Notes: generated by a model from the sequence alone, not told the origin. 64,000 nucleotides of DNA from an uncultured delta proteobacterium (GCA_963845145.1 CAWJQU010000001.1:128001-192000); one strand, 5' to 3'. Numbered from the stretch's first letter, positions 9,964 through 19,844 are shown. A program made the numbers and translations.

Positions 9964-10566
9964 GTGGATAAACAACCCGGAACAAGAATCGCAATGACGA
10001 CGCTTATGGTACTTGTTGCAACAACCTGGTTTTGCGACGGGCAAAAAGCATATGGTGCGACACCGGCTGAGATTCAACAATGGCTGCAAGCCCACAACCA
10101 ATATCGCAGCCTGCATGGCGTTCCCCCCGTGACATGGTCAGCAACGGTTGCGGCAAGCGCCCAGGCTTGGGCGAACACATGTCCCTCAAGCCATTCTAGT
10201 TCGGGCTATGGCGAAAATATTGCTTTTGCAAACTACATAATGACCATCCCGAATGTGGTAAAACTCTGGTACGATGAAGAGCCCCTCTACGATTACAGCA
10301 ATCCCGGTTTCAGCCCAGCCACGGGCCATTTCACCCAAGTCGTTTGGAAAAGCACCGAGGAAATAGGCTGCGGATACCGCAGCGGTTGCGGCGGCGACTG
10401 GCCTAATATCTGGGTCTGTCAGTACAATCCTCCCGGTAATTACACCGGCCAATTCGCCGTAAATGTATTTCCAAAATATTCTCCGCCACCACCGCCGCCG
10501 CCTCCTCCACCGTCAGGCGCATTGAATATCGTGCCAATTATAACCTCGATTTTACTTGGCGAGTAA
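9964..10566 (+). CDS. secreted CAP (SCP/PR-1) domain protein with poly-Pro linker and hydrophobic C-terminal tail
   Basis: Signal-like N-terminus, HNQYRSLHG, YGENIA, TGHFTQVVWK, VCQYNPPGNY, then a poly-Pro run and GALNIVPIITSILLGE; start codon uncertain. Confidence 0.88.
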   Translation: MDKQPGTRIAMTTLMVLVATTWFCDGQKAYGATPAEIQQWLQAHNQYRSLHGVPPVTWSATVAASAQAWANTCPSSHSSSGYGENIAFANYIMTIPNVVKLWYDEEPLYDYSNPGFSPATGHFTQVVWKSTEEIGCGYRSGCGGDWPNIWVCQYNPPGNYTGQFAVNVFPKYSPPPPPPPPPPSGALNIVPIITSILLGE

Positions 10567-10668
10567 GCGGTTTTAAATCAATCGGGTTCAGTGGAAAATA
10601 GTAACTGGATTTATGATGTGGTCAACGCTCCGTCATCATACGTAAATATCAAAATCAAGCCTTACCCG

Positions 10669-11331
10669 TTAAAGCGCGCCGATATCTACCAATGCCTTTT
10701 TGACATCTGAATGTCCTTTGACATGAATTGCCGGCATTCCCGCTGCTCGTGCGCCATTTATATTTTCCTCAGAATCGTCAAAGAAAAGCATCGTATCCAA
10801 ACCAATTCCCGTGGCATTTGAAATTGCTTCAAATGCTTCGCGGTCTGGTTTTCGTAATCCCATCTCAGATGATACGAAAATTTGGTGAAAAGAGGCTACG
10901 GCCCTTGGGTAAGCATCCATCCAGAAAACTTGGTGGGTTGGGTTCGAATTGGTAAACGCAAAACATGGTAATTTCTTTTTTACGACTAAGATACAGTTGA
11001 CTGTATCCGCAATCTCCTCAAGGTAAATAGCATTCCAGCCCAATGCAATTTCGGAATCAGTTGCCTCAAGTTCAAGAACGTTACGAAGATGGGCAAAATA
11101 TTCTGATGCGCCAATTTCCCCTCGTTCATGTCGCTCATATGCCTCGTCCATTTTAAAACGTTGTCGGATTTCCTCGATTGGCAAGATAGTCCAATCGCTC
11201 CATGCTTGCAGTGCTCGATCGAAATCTATCTCGAACACAACACCCCCCATATCAAATAATAAACCAGCTATATAGCGATGGTTCAAAAAGGTTTGTTCTA
11301 TGATAATCTGCTGCAAATATTTGGATAGCAT
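10669..11331 (-). CDS. HAD-superfamily phosphatase (YihX-like)
   Basis: LFDMGGV, FTNSN, SSEMGLRKPD, FFDDSEENINGA. Confidence 0.9.
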   Translation of the reverse strand: MLSKYLQQIIIEQTFLNHRYIAGLLFDMGGVVFEIDFDRALQAWSDWTILPIEEIRQRFKMDEAYERHERGEIGASEYFAHLRNVLELEATDSEIALGWNAIYLEEIADTVNCILVVKKKLPCFAFTNSNPTHQVFWMDAYPRAVASFHQIFVSSEMGLRKPDREAFEAISNATGIGLDTMLFFDDSEENINGARAAGMPAIHVKGHSDVKKALVDIGAL

Positions 11332-11411
11332 AGATATTTTTCGTTTTCTTCGTATTTTGAGCGCACCTCTGCTGCTGCGCGAGAACCAACAATGGATAAA
11401 GGCCGCAATTT

Positions 11412-12775
11412 TTAAGTTGACGCCAGCTTGGTCCTTGCAATGGTCAATAAATTGGCCGCGACAATCGATGACCAGACATATGACTTAAAGCCGTACCAGC
11501 CTTTCCACATACATCGTGCCAGCCCCATGGAACGTTTGAGCCAGGAAATGCCGGACTCAATCCCGGCCCTGAACCGGCGAAGCCTATGATACACATATTC
11601 ACTGCGGCACATATCTGTTTCTTTCAGACCGCGCTTTTTGGCAAAGCAGACATCCTTTATCTTGCGCGAGGCCGCCTTGGCCTGTTTCAGATTGTCTTTA
11701 GATGCAAAGCCGCCGTCAAAGCAGACTTTGAGCGGGTATCGGCCATAGATTTCTTTTTGCCGGTCTAACATCGGGATGGCCAAATCTACATCGGCTGGAT
11801 TGCCTTCGACAATCAGGCAATCCAGGATCAAATTGGAGGCTCCGCCGGTCAGGCAGATCTTGTGACCGAAAATCACATCCCGGCGATCCTTGACAATAAC
11901 GTCGGTGTGAGGTTCGAAGATCGATACCACCTTGTCAGCGGCAGCAACGCTCTGGCCCAGAACAACCCGGCGATGGGTCTGGTCGATGACCTTTTCGGTA
12001 AGCTCGGCATAGTGATCGATTTGGGCAAAAAGAGCAATCGCGCTGGGTGCGAGCGCACTCTTTTTGATCATCTGTGCCGCCGTGTGGGCATAACCGCGCA
12101 CCTTGCCGGTAATTTTGAGCAAGTCGACATAGGCCGCCTTGCGTGGCTTTTTACCCTTGGCATTCATAACCGCCAGCATCCGACGTTTGGCCCGTCGGTT
12201 ATGGTTGCTAAATTGCGGCACCTTGAGCCCGAACTCATCCCGGCTGCGCACAATAAGCCGCGTCAATACCGTACACAGTCGCCCAACAGGGTCGAATCGC
12301 ATGGCTGGTGAATGTTGGACTCAACGCAGGTACAGTCCGTGCGCACTTTGCGGCCCTTTTCGATGTCCTCTTTTTTGGCATATCCCAGAATATCGCGGTT
12401 GATCATCTCCCAGGTCTGATCACTGATGGCTTTGATATTGCGGTTCAAGGCAGATTTTTTAAACCCTTCTTCGGCCATGCCGATGCGGCAAAACCAGCGC
12501 AGGCTTTGCGAGTCGACGATGTGGAAGGCTAATTCTTCATAAGTGAAACCGAAAAGGACTTTGACGATGATAAAGCGTAGCACTTGTTCGGCGCTCATAC
12601 CTTTGGCGCCGGCGCGCTGGGTCTTGGACTTGCCTCTGTTTAAATCTTGCAGAATATACTCACAGATGGTAGGTTTTGCATCGACAATCCCACTGATCAC
12701 TTCAAGTTCCTTGCTTTGGGGATGATCGAGAATGTGAGCCATCAGGGGCATTTGTTTGGGCCATTTTTCGCGCAT
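11412..12775 (-). pseudogene. DDE transposase (ISNCY/ISDol1-like), split by a -1 frameshift near 12270
   Basis: RTDCTCVESNIH..DS.LL.D.VR, then VLTRL in the next frame; KVVSIFEPHTD, FGHKICLT, DGGFAS, FRAGIESGISWLKR. Confidence 0.8.
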
Positions 12776-12900
12776 TTTGCGACCAGCTCCTTTTCTGTTT
12801 TTGTAGTATTATTGAGTGTTTAGTGACTTTTAATATACCACAAAGCGAAAAGAATTGCTACCGCAAAATGCGCTTTTTTTATGAGTTTCAGATAGTTATA

Positions 12901-13785
12901 GTTCCGGCAGCAAATGAAGGCCTTTCCCGTCACTGTTTTATGTAAGGTGATGCGGGTTAGCCGGAGTGGTTTATATGACTATCTGGATCATCACAGATCC
13001 GGAGATAACCACCGACCAGATGAAGCGGCGTTAAGGCATCGAATCAAAGTGATATTCGACCAATCCAAAGCCAGTTATGGTTCCCGTAGGATTGTTAAAC
13101 AATTAGAAGCGGAAGATCATTCCATTGGACGGTTTAAAGTACGCCGAATCATGCGACAAATGGGTTTAAAGGCGAAAACACCCAAACGGTTTAAATGCAC
13201 GACTGATAGTCGTCATGCGTACCTCGTGGCAGCCAATATCCTGAATCGCAACTTTGATGTTGATCTGCCCAATACAGTCTGGACGGCGGATATCAGTTAT
13301 GTTTGGACCTATGAGGGTTGGCTTTACCTGGCCATTGTCATGGACCTTTATTCGAGTGAAATCGTAGGCTGGGCTATGGATAAGCGGATGAAAAAAGATC
13401 TCGTAATGGATGCTTTGGCGATGGCCTACTGGCAAAGAAAGCCCTCCAGAGGCCTGTTGCACAATTCGGATCGTGGCAGTAAATATGCGTGTCACGAATA
13501 CCAGAAACAACTTAAAACCTACGGTATGATCCCCAGCATGAGCCGCAAAGGAAACTGTGGAGATAATGCGCCCACGGAGCGCTTTTTGCGTTCCTTGAAA
13601 GCCGAACGATTGCACGCATATCGTTTTTTTACCCGTAATGATGCTGAAATTGAAATATGGGATTATGTGACTTACTACAATAGTATCCGGTTACATTCGA
13701 CTTTGGGGTATCTATCCCCTATCGATTATGAGAAAGAACGTTGGCTAAAAGTTGCTTAACAATGTGTCAGTTTTGGGACACTACA
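12901..13785 (+). mobile_element. IS3-family remnant: orfB (12914..13759) plus degenerate right end, orfA missing
   Basis: YGSRR, WTADISY, WLYLAIVMDLYS, SDRGS.Y, SRKGNC.DNA.TERF..LK.E; ends GTGTC...CACTACA. Confidence 0.85.
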
Positions 13786-13823
13786 TTTGCGATCTTGACA
13801 ATGACTCATCCTTAAGTGTGCTC

Positions 13824-14022
13824 GTCGTGGTAGGAATGCCGGTCACCCGGCACCCCACACACAGATCCCCTCATGAAGTTTTTCCTCACGGGACTCCTAG
13901 GTTGTACTCGCTTCCGTGACAACGAATTTAACGCCAGGTATGTCCGGTAGCCGGAACGCGCCGCGTGTAGGCAATCCGAACCATGCCGTTGTTCGCAGTT
14001 TCGTCCGTAGTTTCATAAAATG
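13824..14022 (-). ncRNA. ORF-less group II intron 3' fragment (domains V-VI plus ~125 nt upstream)
   Basis: Minus strand GAGTCCCGTGAGGAAAAACTTCATGAGGGGATCT (DV-like, triad AGC>AGT) then GTGTGTGGGGTGCCGGGTGACCGGCATTCCTACCACGAC (DVI with bulged A 8 nt from an AC end). Confidence 0.75.
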
Positions 14023-14817
14023 CTAGGTAGGGTCAGAATCCGACTTTTTCCTTTCATAGAACTGCTGCAATCTCATGTTCACTTCAGAGAAGTCTCCGAC
14101 GCTGGAGTAGGCATTAAGCGTTTCGACCCTCAGAGCGTCGTCAAGCGTCCGTCCAATTATGTCCAGGATCGTTTCTTTAGCGGATCGTACAGCCTGCTGA
14201 CTGTTCCGCAGAATTTGTTTCGCGAGATCTTCGGCAGCCTCCATCACTTGGTCATCGGGGACGACCCGGCTAACCAAGCCCAGCCGAAAAGCTTCGTCGG
14301 CGTTGATCACCCGCCCGGTCATAGCGAGGTCAAGCGCCACGGCCAAGCCCGCGATGGCGACAATCCGCACAATGCCCCCGTCGCCTTGGTGAAGGCCGCG
14401 ACGCGTTTCGAAGGAGGCGAATCGAGCAGTCTCAGCGGCTATGCGAAAATCGCATGCAAGCGCGATCTCCAGACCACCGCCGACTGCTAATCCGTTCACC
14501 GCTGCGATGATCGGCTTGTAAATCCGATGTTGCCCTCGAGTTATTCCACCCCCAAAGCCTCGTCCAACGTTCTTGCGGATGTCAAGCATATTAGCGTGTT
14601 CCCACTTGGGAAGCCAGGTATTGAGGTCAGCTCCCGAACAGAATGCTTTTCCCGCTCCGGTTACAATGGCGATATCCAAGGTTTCGTCAGCATTGAAGCT
14701 ATCCCATGCGTCCCATAAAGCCTGGTCCAGTTCATCGTCCACCGCGTTAAGTGTTTCCGGGCGATTTAAAGTGATGTAGGCGATCCTGCCACGTTTCTCG
14801 TATAGAACCTTATCCAT
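14023..14817 (-). CDS. enoyl-CoA hydratase/isomerase family protein
   Basis: ITLNRPETLNA, KAFCSGADL, KPIIAAVNGLAVGGGLEIALACDFRIA. Confidence 0.92.
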   Translation of the reverse strand: MDKVLYEKRGRIAYITLNRPETLNAVDDELDQALWDAWDSFNADETLDIAIVTGAGKAFCSGADLNTWLPKWEHANMLDIRKNVGRGFGGGITRGQHRIYKPIIAAVNGLAVGGGLEIALACDFRIAAETARFASFETRRGLHQGDGGIVRIVAIAGLAVALDLAMTGRVINADEAFRLGLVSRVVPDDQVMEAAEDLAKQILRNSQQAVRSAKETILDIIGRTLDDALRVETLNAYSSVGDFSEVNMRLQQFYERKKSDSDPT

Positions 14818-14844
14818 GCAAATTTCCCCCCCTTATTTCTTACC

Positions 14845-14906
14845 GCGATCTTTGAATTCACAGGTTTCGCGCTGTTTGCCAAATCCAGTGGAATGACTGG
14901 TTAGCA
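14845..14906 (-). other. attC-like site (core site decayed)
   Basis: TGCTAAC CAGTC ATTCCACTGGA...CCTGTGAAT TCAAAGATCGC; arms pair with one extrahelical base. Confidence 0.6.
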
Positions 14907-14986
14907 ATAGTACCAATTCTTTTTACCATTTCATAGTTTCAGCACCACTGAAATTCGCAAATACTAAAGTCGCCCAGCTTTTCACG

Positions 14987-15478
14987 TCATGCACCATTGT
15001 GTTGTTGGGTTCTCTTCGTGTATTTGTGAAATCCAAATCCAAGTGACGGATCTTTCGGCGTTCTCTCAATTAATGTGAAACCATTTTTTTCATAAAAATG
15101 ATGGTTCCGAGTTGCATAATCCGGCGTCTCAAGAGTCCAGGAAGATATCTGAGGGAACATTCGTTGTATTTCATTAATGATCCAGGAACCAATACCTGAA
15201 TTCATGTGCTGCTGTCCGACATGCAGGCCAAAAATCACGCCATTTTCACCGTCAATTTGTAAAATGCAACTTCCGACAAGGACGCCATTCTTTGTACATT
15301 TAAGGTAGGTTTTTGAATTTAACCATCCTTCGTGCTTTTCTATGGTATCAAGCCCGGGCGGGTCACCATCCTCTATGCCATCCGGTCTATAGGCTTCGTC
15401 TTCAGCGAATGCACTCACGGCAAGATCACGTAATTGTACGATATCTATCTGAGTTGCCACATTCAGTGAAAGCATCAT
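14987..15478 (-). CDS. GNAT family N-acetyltransferase
   Basis: LHVGQQHMNSGIGS, WTLETP...RNHHFYEKNGF; C-terminus runs into a CCCAACAA inverse-core-like sequence. Confidence 0.82.
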   Translation of the reverse strand: MMLSLNVATQIDIVQLRDLAVSAFAEDEAYRPDGIEDGDPPGLDTIEKHEGWLNSKTYLKCTKNGVLVGSCILQIDGENGVIFGLHVGQQHMNSGIGSWIINEIQRMFPQISSWTLETPDYATRNHHFYEKNGFTLIERTPKDPSLGFGFHKYTKRTQQHNGA

Positions 15479-15480
15479 TC

Positions 15481-15529
15481 TCCTATCGTTGTGCATTACC
15501 GTTTTATCCGATGGAGACTGTTGTTACAC
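15481..15529 (-). other. short degenerate attC-like site
   Basis: GTGTAAC AACAGTCTCCATCGGATAAAACGGTAATGCACAAC GATAGGA (GTT>GAT). Confidence 0.45.
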
Positions 15530-16140
15530 CTGCCTGTCCGAAAGGCAGAATAGGTTTTCAAAGCTTTCATTAGTTTTTCTTTCTCTAAGGCAAATGGTGG
15601 AGTACTTGACGATACGGGAAAAGCAAACCAATGAGTACCATCACCATTTTCAAAAACAAATTCTATGGCCTTTTTATACGTGATGTTTTTGCATACTGGC
15701 GTGCCACCCATTGTCTTCCAAGTGGCCTGGAACTTAGACAGGCAGGCAGTTGGATCCAAGATTCGGTAGGGAGACACACTGCCCCATGCATTCACTGCGC
15801 CAATCTCAGAAAATGCAAAAAGTTCCGATAAGTGCACGATACGAGCGCTGGGAATTGCATTGAAGAATTCATGCCCATCCTTAGATACATGTAACGCAGA
15901 AGCATACTGTACAATCAATTGAGCCAGGTCGGCTGGGTTTCCAGCATGTCGTATTCCAAAATATGCGCCATTGAAAAACGCCTCAAAGGCCATCTCGGTG
16001 CGGTTCCCAAGGTATTCTTTGGCCTGTGCCAAGCCACAGAAATCACCTGGTTTTAGAACAGTCGCAGTCTCCCATTCTCCGTCTACAGCGAGCTGCCCGA
16101 AGTCAGGCGAAGAAGTGAATTCTTTACATTTTATCATCAA
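15496..16140 (-). CDS. hypothetical protein
   Basis: 214-aa ORF co-oriented with the array; C-terminus reads into the attC-like site. Confidence 0.65.
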   Translation of the reverse strand: MMIKCKEFTSSPDFGQLAVDGEWETATVLKPGDFCGLAQAKEYLGNRTEMAFEAFFNGAYFGIRHAGNPADLAQLIVQYASALHVSKDGHEFFNAIPSARIVHLSELFAFSEIGAVNAWGSVSPYRILDPTACLSKFQATWKTMGGTPVCKNITYKKAIEFVFENGDGTHWFAFPVSSSTPPFALEKEKLMKALKTYSAFRTGRCNNSLHRIKR

Positions 16141-16173
16141 TTAAGGTGGAGCGTCATGATAGTGTCGTTTTTT

Positions 16174-16518
16174 TCATTTACTTTTTTCAATATTTATACC
16201 AGTTATTGATAACTCGACATCCTTCAACAACTCAATGGCATCATTTACTTGATCTGCTCTAACCATTAATCTAGCAGGGTCCGCCAAAGGCCTCATATGC
16301 ATAAAATGCTCGCCTTTAAAAAAATACTGTATTCCTTCACTTTCCAACAATGATTTCAAGAACACCACATCTGCTGGATTGTAGGTCCCAAGTACTTCTT
16401 TAAAATCAACAAACTCTGGATCGGGTAGCGGCGGTATTGAATCTACCAAATTAACATGGCAATCTGCACAGACTGTGAATCCTTCCCGATATTCTGTTCT
16501 ACATTCAGGGCAAAACAT
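16174..16518 (-). CDS. DUF2007-type protein with N-terminal zinc ribbon
   Basis: MFCPECRTEYREGFTVCADC..LV; LKSLLESEGI..F.KGE. Confidence 0.8.
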   Translation of the reverse strand: MFCPECRTEYREGFTVCADCHVNLVDSIPPLPDPEFVDFKEVLGTYNPADVVFLKSLLESEGIQYFFKGEHFMHMRPLADPARLMVRADQVNDAIELLKDVELSITGINIEKSK

Positions 16519-16645
16519 GAGCTTTCCAGTTTTTGATATGTGTCACTAGCTTTGAAAAGAACCGTTTTTTTCCGGTTCATTTGGATTGTTGGGATTTATA
16601 GTGCAATAATCAAGGGTTGACTCCATTTCCCGTATTCGTTTTTCT

Positions 16646-16763
16646 CGCTAACGCATGCATCAGTTGCCGCTGTACTGATGGTCGATTATTGATAATTTTG
16701 CCAAGAGCACCTTACTTTCGCTCACCGCAGGCGATTGCCGTCAATTGAATGCACTTGATGTAA
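16646..16763 (-). other. attC-like site (best preserved, ~118 bp)
   Basis: TACATCAAG TGCATTCAATTGACGG...CGGCAACTGATGCA TGC GTTAGCG; arms pair with two extrahelical bases; intact GTT core. Confidence 0.68.
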
Positions 16764-17186
16764 TGAGCTAAATTTCATCAGCAACTCAGGATGCCGTGTA
16801 TGCTGGTCAATTTGCTCTTGTTCAATCGTAAATCCACATTTTTTATAGAATTCAATACTCTTTTGGTTTTTTTTGTAAACAGTAAGATTCAAGATAGCAC
16901 GGACATCTTTGGCTTTTTGAATCAGTTGTTTCCCGATTCCTTTTCCTTGATAACCTGGAGAAACAAAGATTGCTGCAATGGTATCATTGTACAAAGATAT
17001 AAATCCTTGGATTATCCTCTCTTCTCCATAGACATAGGTTTCTCCAGAAGGGATGTAGATTTCCCGCATATCTTTGACTTTTGATTTCCAAAAATCACTG
17101 GTAACAAAATCATGGGCTTTTATAGAGGCTTCAAGCCAGATACTGATGACCTGATCAATATCAGATTGTTGGAATTTTCGTATCAT
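16722..17186 (-). CDS. GNAT family N-acetyltransferase (YjaB-like)
   Basis: IWLEASIKAHDF, IFVSPGYQGKGIGKQL, N.KSIEFYKKCGF. Confidence 0.9.
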   Translation of the reverse strand: MIRKFQQSDIDQVISIWLEASIKAHDFVTSDFWKSKVKDMREIYIPSGETYVYGEERIIQGFISLYNDTIAAIFVSPGYQGKGIGKQLIQKAKDVRAILNLTVYKKNQKSIEFYKKCGFTIEQEQIDQHTRHPELLMKFSSLHQVHSIDGNRLR

Positions 17187-17483
17187 TTATGTTTTGTGCT
17201 CATAACAAGTTATTAAGTCGTTTCCGCATATCAAGCGAATTTTTGTATTCTTGGTATGAAACAAGTAAAGCTTTTAGAAAACCTAACTTGTTATCCAGCG
17301 CATATGCAAGATAAACAGAAACAGTATAACCACAAATCTTTCAAATTGGATCATCTCTTGATCAATTACTTCAGGCCCTTTCAAGTCTCTCGCCGGTGTG
17401 TTTTCTCATCCACCGCCAATTCATACCATGACATCATTCTCGATAATGACCTGATTGAAATCTCATCAAACATTATTCGCCCA

Positions 17484-17978
17484 TCAAAGCCATCTCCGGC
17501 GATGATTGTTTTCAAGTATTAACGCCATAGGGATAAAACGAATACCGTTTTTAACCTTTTCATCCTCAATACCTTTGAACCCAAACCTTTTATAAGCATT
17601 AGAGGCGTTGGGCGAGGAATTAACCGTGATTTTTTTAATATCCAGGTTTCGTTTCCTGCACATCTCAATAGATCGTCTGATAAGTTCTCTGGCGATTCCT
17701 TTACGCTGGTGCTGCTTCTCAACAAAAAGCAGCGCTATATGATTATTTTCGCGTATCTCTATGATACCAATGATTTTTTGTCTAGTTTCAGCGAATAGGA
17801 TTATATTTCCGGACCTTAGTCTTTCTGCTAAAGCATCAGCACAAACGAATTTTTTGAACTCTGTAATACCTTCTTGAGAATATTCGGGCGCAACAAATTC
17901 AGTAAAAACGTTTATTACGAGATCAACGGCTCTGTCTTCATCGCCTGGCTTCATTGGTGTAAAAGATATTTGTGCCAT
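17484..17978 (-). CDS. GNAT family N-acetyltransferase
   Basis: HIALLFVEKQHQRKGIAREL, ITVNSSPNA..AYKRFGF, NGIRFIPM. Confidence 0.9.
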   Translation of the reverse strand: MAQISFTPMKPGDEDRAVDLVINVFTEFVAPEYSQEGITEFKKFVCADALAERLRSGNIILFAETRQKIIGIIEIRENNHIALLFVEKQHQRKGIARELIRRSIEMCRKRNLDIKKITVNSSPNASNAYKRFGFKGIEDEKVKNGIRFIPMALILENNHRRRWL

Positions 17979-18077
17979 TCGATCTACCTTCTTGAAGCAA
18001 ACAATTGATTATTCAAATATTTTTATCGCTACGAAGGACATGTGTCACCTCCTAATCCAGCCTATCAGATAGGCGGC

Positions 18078-18137
18078 GTCTAATGTGCGAGTTGACCGGC
18101 GGCCTTCAGCGATTCCGCGTTGAATGTCTTATTATAG
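18078..18137 (-). other. attC-like site, 60 bp, with AAT/ATT in place of AAC/GTT
   Basis: CTATAAT AAGACATTCAACGCGG...CCGGTCAACTCGCAC ATTAGAC, 8 nt after the U32 stop codon. Confidence 0.55.
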
Positions 18138-18145
18138 AGTGTATA

Positions 18146-19399
18146 TCAATCAATAGCGGCACGACTTCTTCTCATTATACCATTTACTTTCGGATCGATC
18201 AGCTCAGGCGAAGTCTTTAGGACAATAATATTGCCTGGGTGAGCGCTTTGAAGGGTTTCACCTTTTTCACTTTCCATTGATTCAATGGTAACTGATTGCA
18301 GTACCAGCCCCTCCCCCATATTTTCGATAACATCCCCAACTTCAACCCTGTTTCTTACCTCAATCAGGATATGATTATTTGTGCTGCGTATCACGGCAAC
18401 CGGCTCTGTCATTTGGTCTGCACGGGAGGTTTCATACAACATATCTTGATGGGTTGGTTTATCTTTCATAAAATTGGATGTTATGCCGCGTGTTCCGGTT
18501 TTCTTAATTTCCTCCAGCATTGCGTGTGGCAGGACAATATTGGATGGCTCATTCCAGGCCGATTCAGGTAGTTCTTTTAAAAAATCAAGTGCGGCCCGGT
18601 ATACCCGTACAACGCCGCCAACATAAAATATGGACTTCATCCGCCCTTCTATCTTGAAAGAATGAACCCCTGCCGATATAAGTTCAGGAAGGATTGTAAG
18701 CAAACAGAGATCTTTTGAGTTAAAAATATAGGTACCACGTTCATCCTCTTCTACAGGGAAAAACTCTCCCGGCCTTTTTTCTTCTGTGACGGCATAATGA
18801 TATCGGCATGGGTGTGCGCATTGCCCCCTATTGGCATCACGATCCGTAAAATAGTTTGAGAGCAGGCACCTCCCGGAATAGGATATGCACAAGGATCCAT
18901 GAACAAAGACCTCGATCTCCCCGCTCACCTTATTTCTAAGTTCAGTGATTTCGGCAAGGGACAGCTCTCTTGCAACATTTAAGCGTGTAATGCCTTTCTT
19001 AAACCAAAAATCTGCCGAGGCATAATTGGTCACATTGGCTTGCGTTGAAAGATGAATGGATAACTTGGGTACTGTTTTTTTTGCAATATCTACGATACCC
19101 GGATCAGCGACGATTATTGCGTCAACACTGTTTTGGTGCAGGAAAAGCAGATATTCTTCCAACCCTTGCAGATCACGATTGTGGGCGAGGATATTTACCG
19201 TTACATAAACTTTTACATGATTTTTATGGGCATAGTTTATGCCGGTGATCATCTCTTCTTTAGAAAAATTGCCGGCCTTTGCCCTGAGACTTAGATTTTT
19301 ACCACCTAGGTATACCGCATCTGCACCATAGTGTATGGCTGTGATCAGTTTTTCTAAATTTCCTGCCGGCGCTAAAAGCTCTGGAATTACTGGTTTCAT
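18146..19399 (-). CDS. U32 family protein (TrhP/YegQ-like RNA hydroxylation family)
   Basis: PELLAPAG, GADAVYLG, HLSTQAN, ARELSL, HGSLCISYSGRCLLS..RDANRGQCAHPCR, SKDLC, KIEGRMKS. Confidence 0.92.
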   Translation of the reverse strand: MKPVIPELLAPAGNLEKLITAIHYGADAVYLGGKNLSLRAKAGNFSKEEMITGINYAHKNHVKVYVTVNILAHNRDLQGLEEYLLFLHQNSVDAIIVADPGIVDIAKKTVPKLSIHLSTQANVTNYASADFWFKKGITRLNVARELSLAEITELRNKVSGEIEVFVHGSLCISYSGRCLLSNYFTDRDANRGQCAHPCRYHYAVTEEKRPGEFFPVEEDERGTYIFNSKDLCLLTILPELISAGVHSFKIEGRMKSIFYVGGVVRVYRAALDFLKELPESAWNEPSNIVLPHAMLEEIKKTGTRGITSNFMKDKPTHQDMLYETSRADQMTEPVAVIRSTNNHILIEVRNRVEVGDVIENMGEGLVLQSVTIESMESEKGETLQSAHPGNIIVLKTSPELIDPKVNGIMRRSRAAID

Positions 19400-19466
19400 A
19401 AAAGAAAAAAATCACCACTTTCTGCATCAATCCCATAATGGGTTGAGTCGAACATCGAAGGATAGG

Positions 19467-19844
19467 CTATGACCTCAACATTTCACAAATGTCACCAATG
19501 ACTTTACTTAACCTTTTATTTGATAAAGATTTCGTGGAGTATTCTTGATTTGAATCTATAGCATTTGAACTATTGTTGAATGTTTCAACGATCTTCTTTT
19601 TGGCCCATTTTTTAGCTGCAAAACCGGGTGCAATTACACAGTTTTTAGGTGAGTACCAAAATTCCACAGCAGTGGAATCGATTGCCTTTATGACAGTATC
19701 TTCATCGGTCGGCAATGCGGTAACGCAACAGATTGCTAATTCCTTAATATTATAGGCAACCATAAGCTCATCGGCCGATATTATTATTAAGGGATATATT
19801 GGCTTTCTAAAATAGATATTAAATTCTATTTGGTCTTGAGACAT
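19467..19844 (-). CDS. hypothetical protein
   Basis: 125-aa AT-rich ORF co-oriented with the array, AGGT RBS. Confidence 0.6.
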   Translation of the reverse strand: MSQDQIEFNIYFRKPIYPLIIISADELMVAYNIKELAICCVTALPTDEDTVIKAIDSTAVEFWYSPKNCVIAPGFAAKKWAKKKIVETFNNSSNAIDSNQEYSTKSLSNKRLSKVIGDICEMLRS

